The position numbers were made by a program, and so were the translations under genes. A stretch of 64,000 nucleotides of DNA from Octopus vulgaris (Eukaryota). This document shows positions 12,732-25,100 of this stretch, one piece after another. Within the stretch, counting starts at the first letter, position 1. Every line of letters begins with the position of its first letter. The stretch covers positions 45,012,001 through 45,076,000 of the forward strand of contig OX597827.1 of the NCBI GenBank assembly GCA_951406725.2, in the 5' to 3' direction. The notes beneath the pieces were generated by a model. It made no database searches. It was not told the DNA's origin and was given only the letters and a program-made list of their open reading frames with translations.

Positions 12732-15700
12732 AAGGCCTTTGTTAAATATTTTTTTAATGTTATATATTTCTTCCTTCATATTTGTTAATTATATTTTTGA
12801 TAAAAAAACAAAACAAAGTGAAATAAATAATTCCATCACAACATTGGAGTTGTCTATAATTTTCGTTGTTTTTGCATTCTCTTAATTTCTGAGGTAAAAT
12901 CCTGCCAAATGCTGACTTGGCTGTTTGTCTTTGCAATAAAATTCCGGGGTGTGATAAAATGAGTACCAGTAATATACTGGTTTGGGTTAATAGGCTATCA
13001 TTACCTATACTTCAAATTTATGGTTTGGTGCTGTGGTGGATTGGATAAATCACAAGAGCAGTGGAGAAAATGATTTGCAGCATTTTTTTTTCCTGGCTCA
13101 TTTTATATATATATTTTTTTTCTTTTACTTGTTTCAGTCATTTGACTGCGGCCATGCTGGAGCACCGCCTTTAGTCGAGCAACTCGACCCCGGGACTTAT
13201 TCTTTTGTAAGCCCAGTACTTATTCTATCGGCCTCTTTTGCCGAACCACTAAGTTACAGGGGTGTAAACACACCAGCATCGGTTGTCAAGCAATGCTAAA
13301 GGGACAAACACAGACACACAAACATGTACATACATATATATACATATATACGACAGGCTTCTTTCAGTTTCCATCTACCAAATCCACTCACAAGGCATTG
13401 GTCGGCCCGGGGCTATAGCAGAAGACACTTGCCCAAGATGCCATGCAGTGGGACTGAACTCGGAACCATGTGGTTGGTAAGCAAGCTACTTACCACACAG
13501 CCTATACCTGAAAATGAAGTGAAAATGATTTCTTGCAGACATGAGACTGCTGTTTATATATATTTTGTTTCAGTCATTTGACTGCGGCCATGCTGGACCA
13601 CCACCTTTAGTCGAACATTCAACCCCAGGACTTATTCTTTGTAAGCCTAGTACTTATTCTATCAGTCTCTTTTGCCGAACTACTAAGTTACGAGGATGTA
13701 AACACCCCAACAGTTGTGGAGCGATGGTGGGGGGGAGGACAAACATATATATATGCGATGGGCTTCTTTAAGTTTTCGTTTACCAAATTCACTCACAAAT
13801 TCACTCGGCCCGAGGCTATAATAGAAGACACTTGCCCAAGGTACCATACAGTGGGACTGAACCTGGAACAATGTGGTTTGTAAGCAAGTAACTTAGCACA
13901 GCCACTCCTGCACAAATACACACATTGTTACTATTATGTTAAACAGTTGTAATGTCCAAATTTGGCCAAATGCGGTTTTTTTTTTTTTTTTTCTTCAATA
14001 TTTATTTTCTGCTTGCAATAGCTGGTTCTTTTGGTCAAACCATTGTATCTCCAGCTGCTTCAGATGCCAAGATATCAAAAATTGTCAAAGTGTAGTACAA
14101 TGGTTTTGTTATGGAATGGTGAAACTATTTTTTACATTTTCTGAAAAAGCAACGTCTTGGACTTACACTTTTGCTTTATAGCAACAATATACTCTTTTAC
14201 TTGTTTCAGTCATTTGACTATGGCCATACTGGAGCACCGCCTTCAAGGATTTTAGTAAAACAAATTAATCCCGGAACTTGCCTCTTTTGCGAAACTGCTA
14301 AATCATGGTGTTATAAATACACCAACACTAGTTGTCAAGTAGTGATAGGGACGGACACACACACACTGAGCTTTCAGCATTCATGTTTACGAAATCCACT
14401 CACAAAGCTTTGGTTGGCCCAAGGGTATTATAGAAGACACTTGCTCAAGGTGCCACACGGTGAAACTGAACCTGGAACCCTGTGATTGGGAAGTGAGCTT
14501 CTTACCACATAACCATTTTATATATATATATCTATATATCACGTGTGCACACACAGTTTACTGTTCCGTAAAGGTAAGATCAATAAAAGAAAAAGTAGTC
14601 CATCCAATGACATACAGGATTTAATGTATACAGTATAAAGATGTAAGCTTCTAATAGTTACTTGCACTGGTGATGAAGGTCTAGACAGATTTTTATAGCA
14701 TTCCTTGTGTTTCAGCAATCTACAGGCTCTGAGCACATGATCTATTCGATTAACAAAACTGGATGCTGCTGGTGCAAGAGAAATCACAAGAAATAAACGA
14801 GAAGGTAGATGCAATAAGTGGTATGGTGAATAAAAACAGTGAAAGAAAGTTAGTGTTATGTTCCCTTTGACTGTAAAACAGTAATTAAGCTAGTTGAAGA
14901 ATAATTCTATGGAGTGGGGTCTAAAATCTTCAAGACAGCTGCTCAATCTGGTGTGGGTTGTGTCCTCCAGTTCACCAAAATAAATTTGTCCATGTGTTTG
15001 CATTTGCTGAAAATTTCAGATCTGGAATTTTTAGATCTAAAAAGAATATGTGACCTTTCAGCTATGCTTAATTTGCATTTCTTAGAGCCATTAACATATA
15101 ACCTGAGTGGCCAGTGTAATTGATTAGTCACCCCTCCCTCAAAATTTCAGGCCTTGTGAAAGGATTACTATAGTGGTGAGCTGGCAGAATGGTTAGCACA
15201 TCGGACAAAATGCTCTGTTGCATTTCTTTGGGCTTTTTGTGTTTAACCCTTTAGCATTTAATCTGGCCATATCTGGTTCAAATATTCTACCTGTTTTATG
15301 TTAAAACAGACCATATCCAACTTCTCACACCTACCCTACAATGTCATTTTAAAAATAGACAAAACACACCATTGAAATATTGAAGTTGCTAGGTAATCAT
15401 CATCATATAATGTCCATTTGTCCATGCTGGCATGGGTTGGATGGTTTGACCAGGTCTGGCTAGGTGGAAGGCTGCACCAGACACCAGTCTGATTTGGCAT
15501 GGTTATCTATGGCTGGATGCTCTTCCTAATGCCAATCACTCTGAGAGTGTAATGGGTACTTTTACTTGCCATTTGCACAACACCAATATCTGCCATAATA
15601 ACAGTTTTGCTCAGCTTGATGTTGCCTTCTCAATTACGGCATAATACCAAAGGTCTTGGTCATTGCCTCTGTGAGGCCCAACACTCAAAAGCTGCTTTTC

Positions 15701-16096
15701 ATGTGCCACCTTGCCTCAGTGAGGCCCAACGCTTGGAAGTTGCTTTTTATGTAACACCAGCATTGACTACGACCATGATTTCACTTGGTTTGATGGGTCT
15801 TCTCCAGCACAGCATATCACCAAAGGTCTTGGTCCTTAGTTACTGCCTCTGTGAGACCCAATGTTCGAAGTTCATGCTTCACTTCCTTGTCCTATGTCTT
15901 CTTGGGTCTATCTCTACCACAGGTCCCTCTCCTGTTAGAGATCAACACTTCTTTCCACAGCTGTTCTTGTCCATATGCATCACATGACCTTACCAGCACA
16001 GTCATTTCTTTTGCACACCACACCTGATGCCTAATAATACATAATTAATTCAAATCAAAGTGAATAAATAAACATTATTATTATTATTATTATAAA

Positions 16097-16850
16097 GGTG
16101 GTGAGCTGGCAGAATGGTTAGCATGCTGGACAAAATACTTAGAGGTCTTTTGCCTGTTGCAATGTTCTGAGTTCAAATTCCGCCGAGGCTGACTTTGCCT
16201 TTCATCCTTTATAGGGGTTAATAAAATAAGTACCAGTTGAACACTTGGGTTGATGTAATGGACTCATCCCCATCTCCTGCAAGCTGCCCTTGTGGCAAAA
16301 ATTTGAAATTATTATTATGAAGGTGGCAAGCTGGCCGAATTTTCAAATTCTGCTGAGGTTGACTTAGCCTTTCATACTTTTGGGTTTGATAAATTAAGTA
16401 CCAGTGAAACACTGAGGTCAATGTAACCAACACTTCCCCTCCCCCAAAATGGATGCCCATGTGGCAAAATTTGAAACTATTATCATTAAGGCACTGAGCT
16501 GGCAGAATCATTAGCATACTGTATGAAATGCTTAATGGTAATGTGCCTGTTGCTACATTCCGAGTTTAAGTTCCACCAAGATCCACTTTGCCTTTTATCC
16601 TTTTGGCGTTGATAAATTAAGTACCAGTGAAACTCTGGGGTAGATGTAATTGATTAGTCCCCTACCCCCAAATTTCTGGCCTTGTGCATTTAGAAGAAAG
16701 GATTATTATTATTATTATTTGGTTAGAATTAGTCCAGTGGTAGAACATGTGAGTTTGCATCCCATGAACAGTCTTATACTTTTTAAGATGGTGAGCTGGC
16801 AGAATCATTAGCATGCTACACAAAATGGCTACGCAAAATCTCCTCTTCAG
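16097..16850 (+). mobile_element. Cluster of tRNA-derived SINE family B copies (GGCGGTGAGCTGGCAGAATCGTTAGC head)
   Basis: Repeated heads, GAGTTCAAATTCC B-box and a shared core GACTTTGCCTTTCATCCTTTCGGGGTCGATAAATTAAGTACCAG. Further clusters at ~18670-19160(-), 20501-21325, 25206-25615(-), 34127-34312(-), 40896-41110(+), 50368-51114(-). Confidence 0.8.
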
Positions 16851-17633
16851 CACCAGACACTGGAAGTGGGAGGTGTAATGGACTGATATGAGAAATCTTT
16901 CTTATTATGCTACTGCCAGCATGCTGTGATTTGTTGTACTAATTGACAGATTAGCTGTTACTCCAAAATGCATGAATTCATCAGTCTGGCTAGGGGCACT
17001 TCAAACTGATTTGGTGTTTACACCTTGTTTTGTCTACAGCGAGAAATTTTCTCCATGACAAAATACAGTGAATGGCTTTCTCACAGGTTTAAATATATTC
17101 CTTGAGCAAATTTGAACCATTAACAAGTTTATATTTATTTTATCAAGCTCAAAAGAATGAGAGGTAAAGTTAATTTTGGTAGGATTTGAACTCGGAGTGT
17201 AAAGAACTGGAAGAAATGTGGCAACATATTGTTTTTCTGACACGCTAATGATTCTGCCAGCTTACTACCCTAAATAGTTGTTTCAAATTTAGAAGGTGGT
17301 GGGGGTTAGTTGATTACACTAAGCCTGGTACTTGACAAGTACTGGGGCTGGTTTAATTCATTAATCATTTCATTATAATCAAATTACATCGTAGAAACTC
17401 TCAATACTTTGTAGATATTGAATGAATTACTTTACTCATGGAATACAGATGGACCACTTCGATATGATGGATGTAATGTTAAATATTTATATATACTGAA
17501 TGTCTGAGTTGATGGTGGTATTTGAACTCAGGAGAAATGTTGTTAAGTAGATATGAGATCACCATGTTGTGCACATGTTTAATATTTTGTCCGACACACT
17601 CTTGATTCTACTTACTGCTATAATAATAATAAC

Positions 17634-17983
17634 AAGAGCACAAACCTCTACCAAGGCAACACCAACATCCTCTCAATGATTAGACTGAGATGATTTCTAA
17701 AATGAGAATATTTGAATTAAACTCGACTGCTCTCACAAATGAGAATACTAGAAATGAACCCGACCACTCTCAAAAATTAAGTAAAAAAAAACAGGAAAAA
17801 TAATCCAGAATCCTTGTCTGGTACTGGATCAATCCCAAAATCTAATCAGTTTGTGCCAGTCATGAGGCCAAACATCCCTGTAAGTTTCATTGGAATCCAT
17901 CCAGCGGTTCTTGAGATATCTTGTCCACGAACAAACAAACACGACTGAAAACAATACCCCCACCTTCATTAAGGCGGAGGTAA
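17634..17983. mobile_element. Helentron/DINE-1-like non-autonomous element, decayed copy
   Basis: Same family as 51138-51498, with a degenerate terminal hairpin (ACCCCCACCTT...AAGGCGGAGGT). Confidence 0.6.
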
Positions 17984-17993
17984 TAATGATAAT

Positions 17994-18548
17994 AAATGCC
18001 CTGATGCAGTACTCGGCAGTGGCTCTCATGGCTTCTCATCTTAACTGATTGGATATGTTATCATGTACATTGTTTTGTCTTGGTATAAAAGATGGGCTAC
18101 AGCAAATATTCTGCTCAATACCACAGATTTGCTTGTCAGTTGTTTGACCATAACCAGTAGAGCATGTCCTTTGGTGGCTGACGATATGTGCATCTCTGAT
18201 CACGAGCAGAAGTAGTGGGGAAGCATCATAGTCATGTGTTGAGAGGGATTCTTTGGGGTTTGAATAGTTCACCTCTGGAAACATGGGTGTTTCAGTTAAC
18301 ATCCTTAAATAACCCTTATTCGAGGACCTTTTGAGTGGGATGGGCTACTCAACTTGAAGAAATTTCTAACTGGGCCCCACCTGCAAGGTCATGCGCTGTA
18401 TATCTTGATATGAAATCATGTTGTGCACATAAGGCTATGATGCATGTGCCTGGTGTACACTTATCAGACGGGTAGTCATGATGGGTATACTGGGCTTTGG
18501 ATATTTTGCTCCAATGTCACTTTGATGGCATGCACTGCTCTTTTACTC
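17994..18548. repeat. Probable interspersed repeat inserted in a (TAA)n tract, family unassigned
   Basis: Block bounded by TAA repeats on both sides. A short piece (GATATGAGATCACCATGTTGTGCACAT) recurs near 17550. Confidence 0.45.
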
Positions 18549-19391
18549 AATAATAATAATGTTGGTTTCAAATTTTTGCACAAGGCCAGCAATTTTGTGG
18601 GAGGTTTTGTTGATTACACTTTATCCGGTGTGCTAATGATGCTGGTAGCATGCTGCTTTTATGAGTAAGAAATAATCCTTTCTGCTATAGGTGCAAGGCC
18701 TGAAATTTTAGGGAGCAAGGACTGGTCTATTACATTGACCCCTGTGCTCAACTGGTACTATTTTATTGACCCTGAAAGGATGAAAGACAAAGTCGCCCTT
18801 GGTAGCGTTTGAACTCAGAACATAAAGAGGGACAAAATATTGCTAAGCATTTTGTAATAATAATAATGGTTTCAAATTTTGGCACAAGGCCAGCAAGTTC
18901 AGGATAAGAGTATATTGATTACATTGACCCCAGTACTCAACTGGTACTTATTTTATCAACCATGAAATGATGAAAAGTAAAGTTGAACTCAACAGAATTT
19001 GAACTCAGAACATAGCAGGAGACATAATGCTGCTAAGCATTTTGTCCAGTGTACCCACAATCCTGCCAGCTCACCACCTTAATAATAATAATAATTCTTT
19101 CTACCGTAGGCACAAAGGCTAGTTGATTACATTAACCTCAGAGCTTGACTGGTACTAGGTGGGTAACAAATTGGCTGAGTTGAGATCATCAGATAGACTA
19201 CTTTTGCAGTATGTGTTGGCGTTTGCTGTAGTCTGAGTTCAGATATTGCCGAGATGATCAACGTTGCTTACCAGTTTGGGAAGGTCTGCAAATGTTACAA
19301 ACACTGCTTTGTCTCGATACTAACAATGTCATTCAAATGCTAAATTTTGTTTTATTTTTTTTCAGGGACTCTCGTGGGAAGCATTTGATGT

Positions 19392-19469
19392 ATGCTGAAA
19401 AGAATTGTGTCCAGATTAGTGCTGACTTTGAAGCCAAGAAAAATGCTGGAAGTGTTAACAACCAGCGAG
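19392..19469 (+). CDS. PUS1: PUS1 coding exon 1 (exon begins at 19366): [26 protein letters not shown]
   Basis: Acceptor tttttttcAG| at 19365. In-frame TGA at 19386 precedes the ATG. Donor GAG|GTAAAC, phase 0. Confidence 0.8.
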
Positions 19470-22116
19470 GTAAACAGAAATATAATTTATTATGTCATAG
19501 TATGTCGGCCCATCTTGACTGAACAACATTACTTGTTTTAGTTTCATATCTAACTAGTCACTATGTACGTGATTGGTTGAGCTGCTAGCTAGAAATAACA
19601 GCCAAATCTACCTCAAATTACATAACTCAGGTTCCACCATCTAATAAGAAAATAAAGTTAGGATATTTTAGATACTATGTCTGAATGTAAGATGGGAGGG
19701 TCACAAAGGGGCTATCCTTGATTATAAATCTGCTGGTATAGGATTGGTCTTGAGTTAAGCAACAACAAGAAAGAAGGACACAAGATAATGAAGTTTTATA
19801 TACACTGTATCTGAATAAATGAATGAAGGTACTTAGTTCAAATCTTTCCTTGAGTGTTTATAAGAGAAGAATATATGAGGGGTTGCTGAAAAGTTCCTAG
19901 CTTTGGGTAAAAGAAAATACAGGAGGATCAGTTAATTATGATTTTATTCAACACTTATATTCCCCTCTCAGATTCACATACTTATTGTAGTTTTTTTAAG
20001 CCTTGTAGAAGAACTCGGAAGGTTGGGCCTTAAACTGGGCCTTTTGCGAAACCCTTAAAACCAGGAACTTTTCAGATGCACCTCCTCATATGTATAAATT
20101 ATCTCCTATTCCCTTTGATTTACTGGCGTAAATCAAAGTTAGCTCCAGAAACAAGGCTCTTATGCATATTGGAAAAATATTCATAGTAACTTTTTTGTTA
20201 TGTTTTATTTTTCATTGCAAATGTCTGAAATGTGTTTGTTGTAACTGTAGGCTGCTGCCGTGAAACAAGAAACTGATGACAAAACAGCAATGAAGAGACA
20301 GCATGATGACGACGATAATGATGACAGCAAAACTCCTTCGAAGCTTCTTAAAGTGAGTTTATTTCAAGATTATAATTTTTCAAACTATTAATTTTGTCTT
20401 TGAGAGAAGAAACCTTTCTTCTTCCTCTCTCTCTCTTTTTCACAATATTACAAGCATACTTATCTGTGTTGTGTGTGTGTGTGTGCATACACACATATGG
20501 TGGCGAGGTGGCAGAATTGTTAGCACACCAGGCGAAATGCTTAGCAGTATTTCCTCTGCCGCTACATTCTGAGTTCAAATTCCACCGAGGTCGACTTTGC
20601 CTTTCATCCTTTCGGGGTCGATAAATTAAGTACCTATTTCTTTATTACCCACAAGGGGCTAAACATAGAGGGGACAAACAAGGACAGACATAGGTATTAA
20701 GTCGATTACATCGACCCCAGTGCGTAACTGGTACTTAATTTATCGACCCCGAAAGGATGAGCCGCCCCCATAGTTACCACCACCACCACCATAACCACCT
20801 AAAAGAAATTACAATTAAATGGTTGGACAAACAAGGACAGACATAGGTATTAAGTCGATTACATAGGTATTAAGTGCGTAACTGGTACTTAATTTATCGA
20901 CCCCGAAAGGATGAAAGGCAAAGTCAACCTCGGCGGAATTTGAACTCACAACGTAACGGCAGCCGAAATACAGCTAAGCATTTTGCCCGATGTGCTAACG
21001 ATTCTGCCAGCTCACCACGATAAATTAAGTACCAGTTACTCACTGGGGTCGATCTAATCGATTTAATCCCTTTGTCTGTCCTTGTTTGTCTCCTCTATGT
21101 TTAGCCCCTTGTGGGCAATAAAGAAATAAGATACGTTAGCACACTGGGCGAAATGCTTAGCAGTATTTCGTCTGTCTTTATGTTCTGTGTTCAAATTCCA
21201 CTGAGGTTGACTTTGCCTTTCATCCTTTCTGGGTCGATAAATTAAGTACCAGTTGCATACTGGGGTCAATCCAATCGACTGGTCCCTTCCCCAAAATTTT
21301 GGGCCTTGTGCCTAGTGTAGAAAAATATTACAAGCTTGGCTGTGGGGTTAAGGAGCTTGCTTCCCAATAATGTGGTTTCAAGTTCAGTCCCACTGCAAGG
21401 CACCTTGGACAAGTGCCCTCTATTATAACCCCATGTTGACCAAAGTCTTGTGTGTGGATTTGGTTGACAGAAAATGAAAGAGGACCATCATGTCTGTCTG
21501 TGTGTGTGTGTGTGTGTGTTGTCTTGACATTGCACTACATTTGTGAAACAAGCACAACCTTCTTACAATATTGTTCATTTCTTATGTTCCATGAAAACAT
21601 GTTTGGCCATGGTGATATAATAAATATTATGCTTGGAAACAGGAGGGTTGATGACAGGAAGGGCATATGCTGCAATGAATTCTGCTGATCCATGCAAGAG
21701 GGAAAATGAATGTTAAAAGTATGAAGATGATAACTAAGACAATAACATTGTTTTTTTTCATGTCTGTTCTGCCATTCTAGCATGGGTTAGATGAATATTT
21801 TATTGAGGCATATATATATATATATAAATATAATAAATATTAGGGAATAAATCCAAACTTACAGGGAAAAATCAGATTTAGGATTGAATCCAATTTATAG
21901 TAAAATATTATATTATATTAAATTAGAGACAAAACCACTATTATGCAAATCAAACAAAGAAAGACTTAATCCAATACATAAATTAATTTATATTATTTAA
22001 AAATTTAACAATTATTAATATCCACTACGATCGTTTCATGTCTTCTTTTCATCACATCTTTGAGTAGTAGACATTCTTCAGGTGGTTTCAAATATTCTTG
22101 GCGAGTTTAAACTATA

Positions 22117-22149
<33 letters not shown>

Positions 22150-25100
22150 ATTGAGTTGAAGCATTGGTGTAACCATGATGTTCTGGTGATCTGATGAGCT
22201 AGATTTCTGTATTTGCATGTGTAAAAGATTCGAGCGAGGTCATTGCCAGTGCCACCTGACTGGCCCCGTGCCGGTGGCATGTAAAAGCATCCACTACACT
22301 CTCGGAGTGGTTGGCGTTAGGAAGGGCATCAAGCTGTAGAAACTCTGCTAGATCAAGATTGAAGCCTGGTGCAGCCGTCTGGTTCGCCAGCCCTCAGTCA
22401 TTCGTCCAACCCATGCTAGCATGGAAAGCGGATGTTAAACGATGATGATGATGATGATGATGATGAAATTATTATTACATGTAAAAGGCTGTGAAATGGT
22501 TGTAATCCTAAGGATGACATGTGGTTAAATAAACATATTCATCTCTCATACCTCCTGACTTTATATATATACACACATATACACACTCATACCTATTCAC
22601 ACATACTTTTGAATGTCTTATTCATGCGTTCATGTCCACATGTAAGAATAATGTGTTGTTATTTCTCTTTATAACCAGAAATCTGAAGCAAACATTCCTA
22701 TCCGAACTGATCGGAAACGTAAAGTAGCATTGTTGATGGCATACTCCGGAGAGGGTTACTATGGCATCCAAGTGTGAGTAGACGAAACGTTTCATCTATG
22801 TCTGTAATGTTGTTGTTCTTGTTGTTTTAGCCCCAGGTCTCTCCTTAGTTGACAGACCGTGTTTGAAGTGTGATAATAGTAATTTTTTTTTCAGAGCTCA
22901 CTATTTCTAGGAATACAGTATAAAAATCCTTCATTTTATAAGACATTAGTATGTGAATCAAAGGAGATTTAGCTGCTATTTCTATTGAGTAACCACAGAG
23001 GCATCTTCATTGGTGTGTTGAATTCAATCAGATTTGGCCTATAGTGAGTTACACTAACTTCAGATATGTACTTCTGAAATCCTGTATGGTTAATTGCCGA
23101 CATTTGTATAGATCAGTGGTTTTTTACCAGGGTCCAAATGATCCTTAGGGGGCCATATGGTATTTTGTTGTTGAAATTCATGTTCAATAAACAGGTTATA
23201 CCTCTTACAATACTCATAATATTTTAGCAATTTTTTTAATACAATTCTAAATAGTATTTAACTATAAAAAACATAATAGGATTTTTTAAGCATTGAATGA
23301 CTCTGAGGATTCAGTTGAGTAAAAGAGGAACCAAAGGGGCCCACAAGCAGAAGATAGTTGAGAACCACTTGTATAAATTATTTGCAGTTTGACCAGAGAA
23401 TGTGTAGTCTTCACTTGCATTGAGATTGAATGGGACATGACTTCCTTGAATTTTGGGGGGTATTTTTTTGTAATCAGGTCCACAAAGTCAGCATTGTGAG
23501 TTTTAACCATCTTACAGCAACGCTCTCTGCCCTCTTCTCTCTCAATCTTTCTCATGTTTTTCACTATCTTACTCTCTACCTTGTTCTTCCCTCTCTATCT
23601 ATCTTACCTTCTTCCTCACTTTCTTCTCTCTGCCTCACTTACACTCTTCGTCACTCTCCCCTTATTGCATATATCACTCTCTTCCTCACACTTTCCTATC
23701 TGCCTCTCTATCTCCCTACTTCACTTCCTCTCTCTCTCTCTTTCTCTCTTTCTGTCTTACTGACTGCCTCTCTATCCACTTTTATTTCTCTCTGTCTCTG
23801 CTTTCCTTTCTCTCTACCAACCTCATTCTCTGTTCCTCTGTCTCATTTCTCCTCCTCTACCAACTTTCTCTATTTCCATGCAGGTCACTCCTCCACATCA
23901 CATGGACACTCAAAAAAAGCATTCTAAAACTTTACTATATTTTCATTTCACATTTGATTTTACTTCCATTTTTATTTTTCTCTCTTTCATGAACAATTTC
24001 TAGTAATTCCGCTTTCCCAACAATTGAGAGTGAACTGTTCAAGGCACTGGTTGCTGTTGGACTTGTGCCACAAGACCATGTGGACAACCCATATAAGGTA
24101 AGTGTGTGTGTTGTTAATCTACACCAGTGGTTCCCAGCCGGGGTTCATATAGCCCCTGTCGGTCCATATAAGATTTTTGGGAGTCCACACAAGAAAATAG
24201 TGAATTGGGGACCCACAATAGAATTTGAAGGGACCCTGAAAAAATTTTGCTGGTGCCATGTAAAAAGCATCCAGCCCACACTGCGAAGTGCTTAGCATTC
24301 GGAAAGGGCATCCAACTGTAAAAACCTTGCCAAAACTGACTTTGCTTGTGCTGGTGCCATGTAAAAAGCACTCGGTCCTCTTTGCTGGGTGGTTGGTGTT
24401 ATGAAGGGCATTCAGCCATAAAAACCATGCCAAAACAGACACAGAAGCCTGGTGTAGTCTTCTACCTGGCCAGCTCTTGTCAAACTGTCTGATGCATGCC
24501 AGCATGGAAGGTAGATGTTACACGATGATGATGATGATGATGATGATGATGATATGTATTGCAAGAAGCACCTAGGTTTCTTTCTCTAACATTTTAAGTA
24601 TTTCATCCTACACATGTTATCATCATCATTTAACATCTGTTGTCCATGCTGGCATGGGTTGGATGGTTTGACAGGAGCTGGTAAACTGGAAGGCTGCACC
24701 AGACTCCAGTCTGATTTGGCATGATTTTCTATGGCTGGATGCCTTTCCTAACGCCAACCACTCCGAGAATAGAATGGGTGCTTTTACGTGCCATTTACGT
24801 GACACTAGTATCTGCCACAGCTGCGGTTTTGCTCAGCTTGATGTGTCTCCTTCCCAAGCATGACATAATGCCAAAGGTCTCAGTCATTGCCTCCGTGAGA
24901 CCCAATGCTTGAAAGGTGCTCTTTATGTGCCAGTTATGTGACACCAGCAAATATGTGAAAAACAAAATAGGAAATTTTGAAAGATGTTTCTATAAAACTA
25001 TTTTTTAAACATTGAATGACTATGGGGGTCCAACAGAATAAAATAGTAATCAAAGGGGTCCAGAGATAAAAAAATAGTTGAGAACCCCTGATCTATGCTA

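Noticed and set aside
14539-14814. 91-aa minus-strand ORF and a possible + strand cassette exon
   Set aside because: No recognisable motif, weak splice signals, and not needed for the PUS1 model.
19292-19522. Track [18 protein letters not shown]... as the PUS1 N-terminus
   Set aside because: Wrong frame: it ends in phase 1 and hits a stop in the next exon. It corresponds to the uORF frame.
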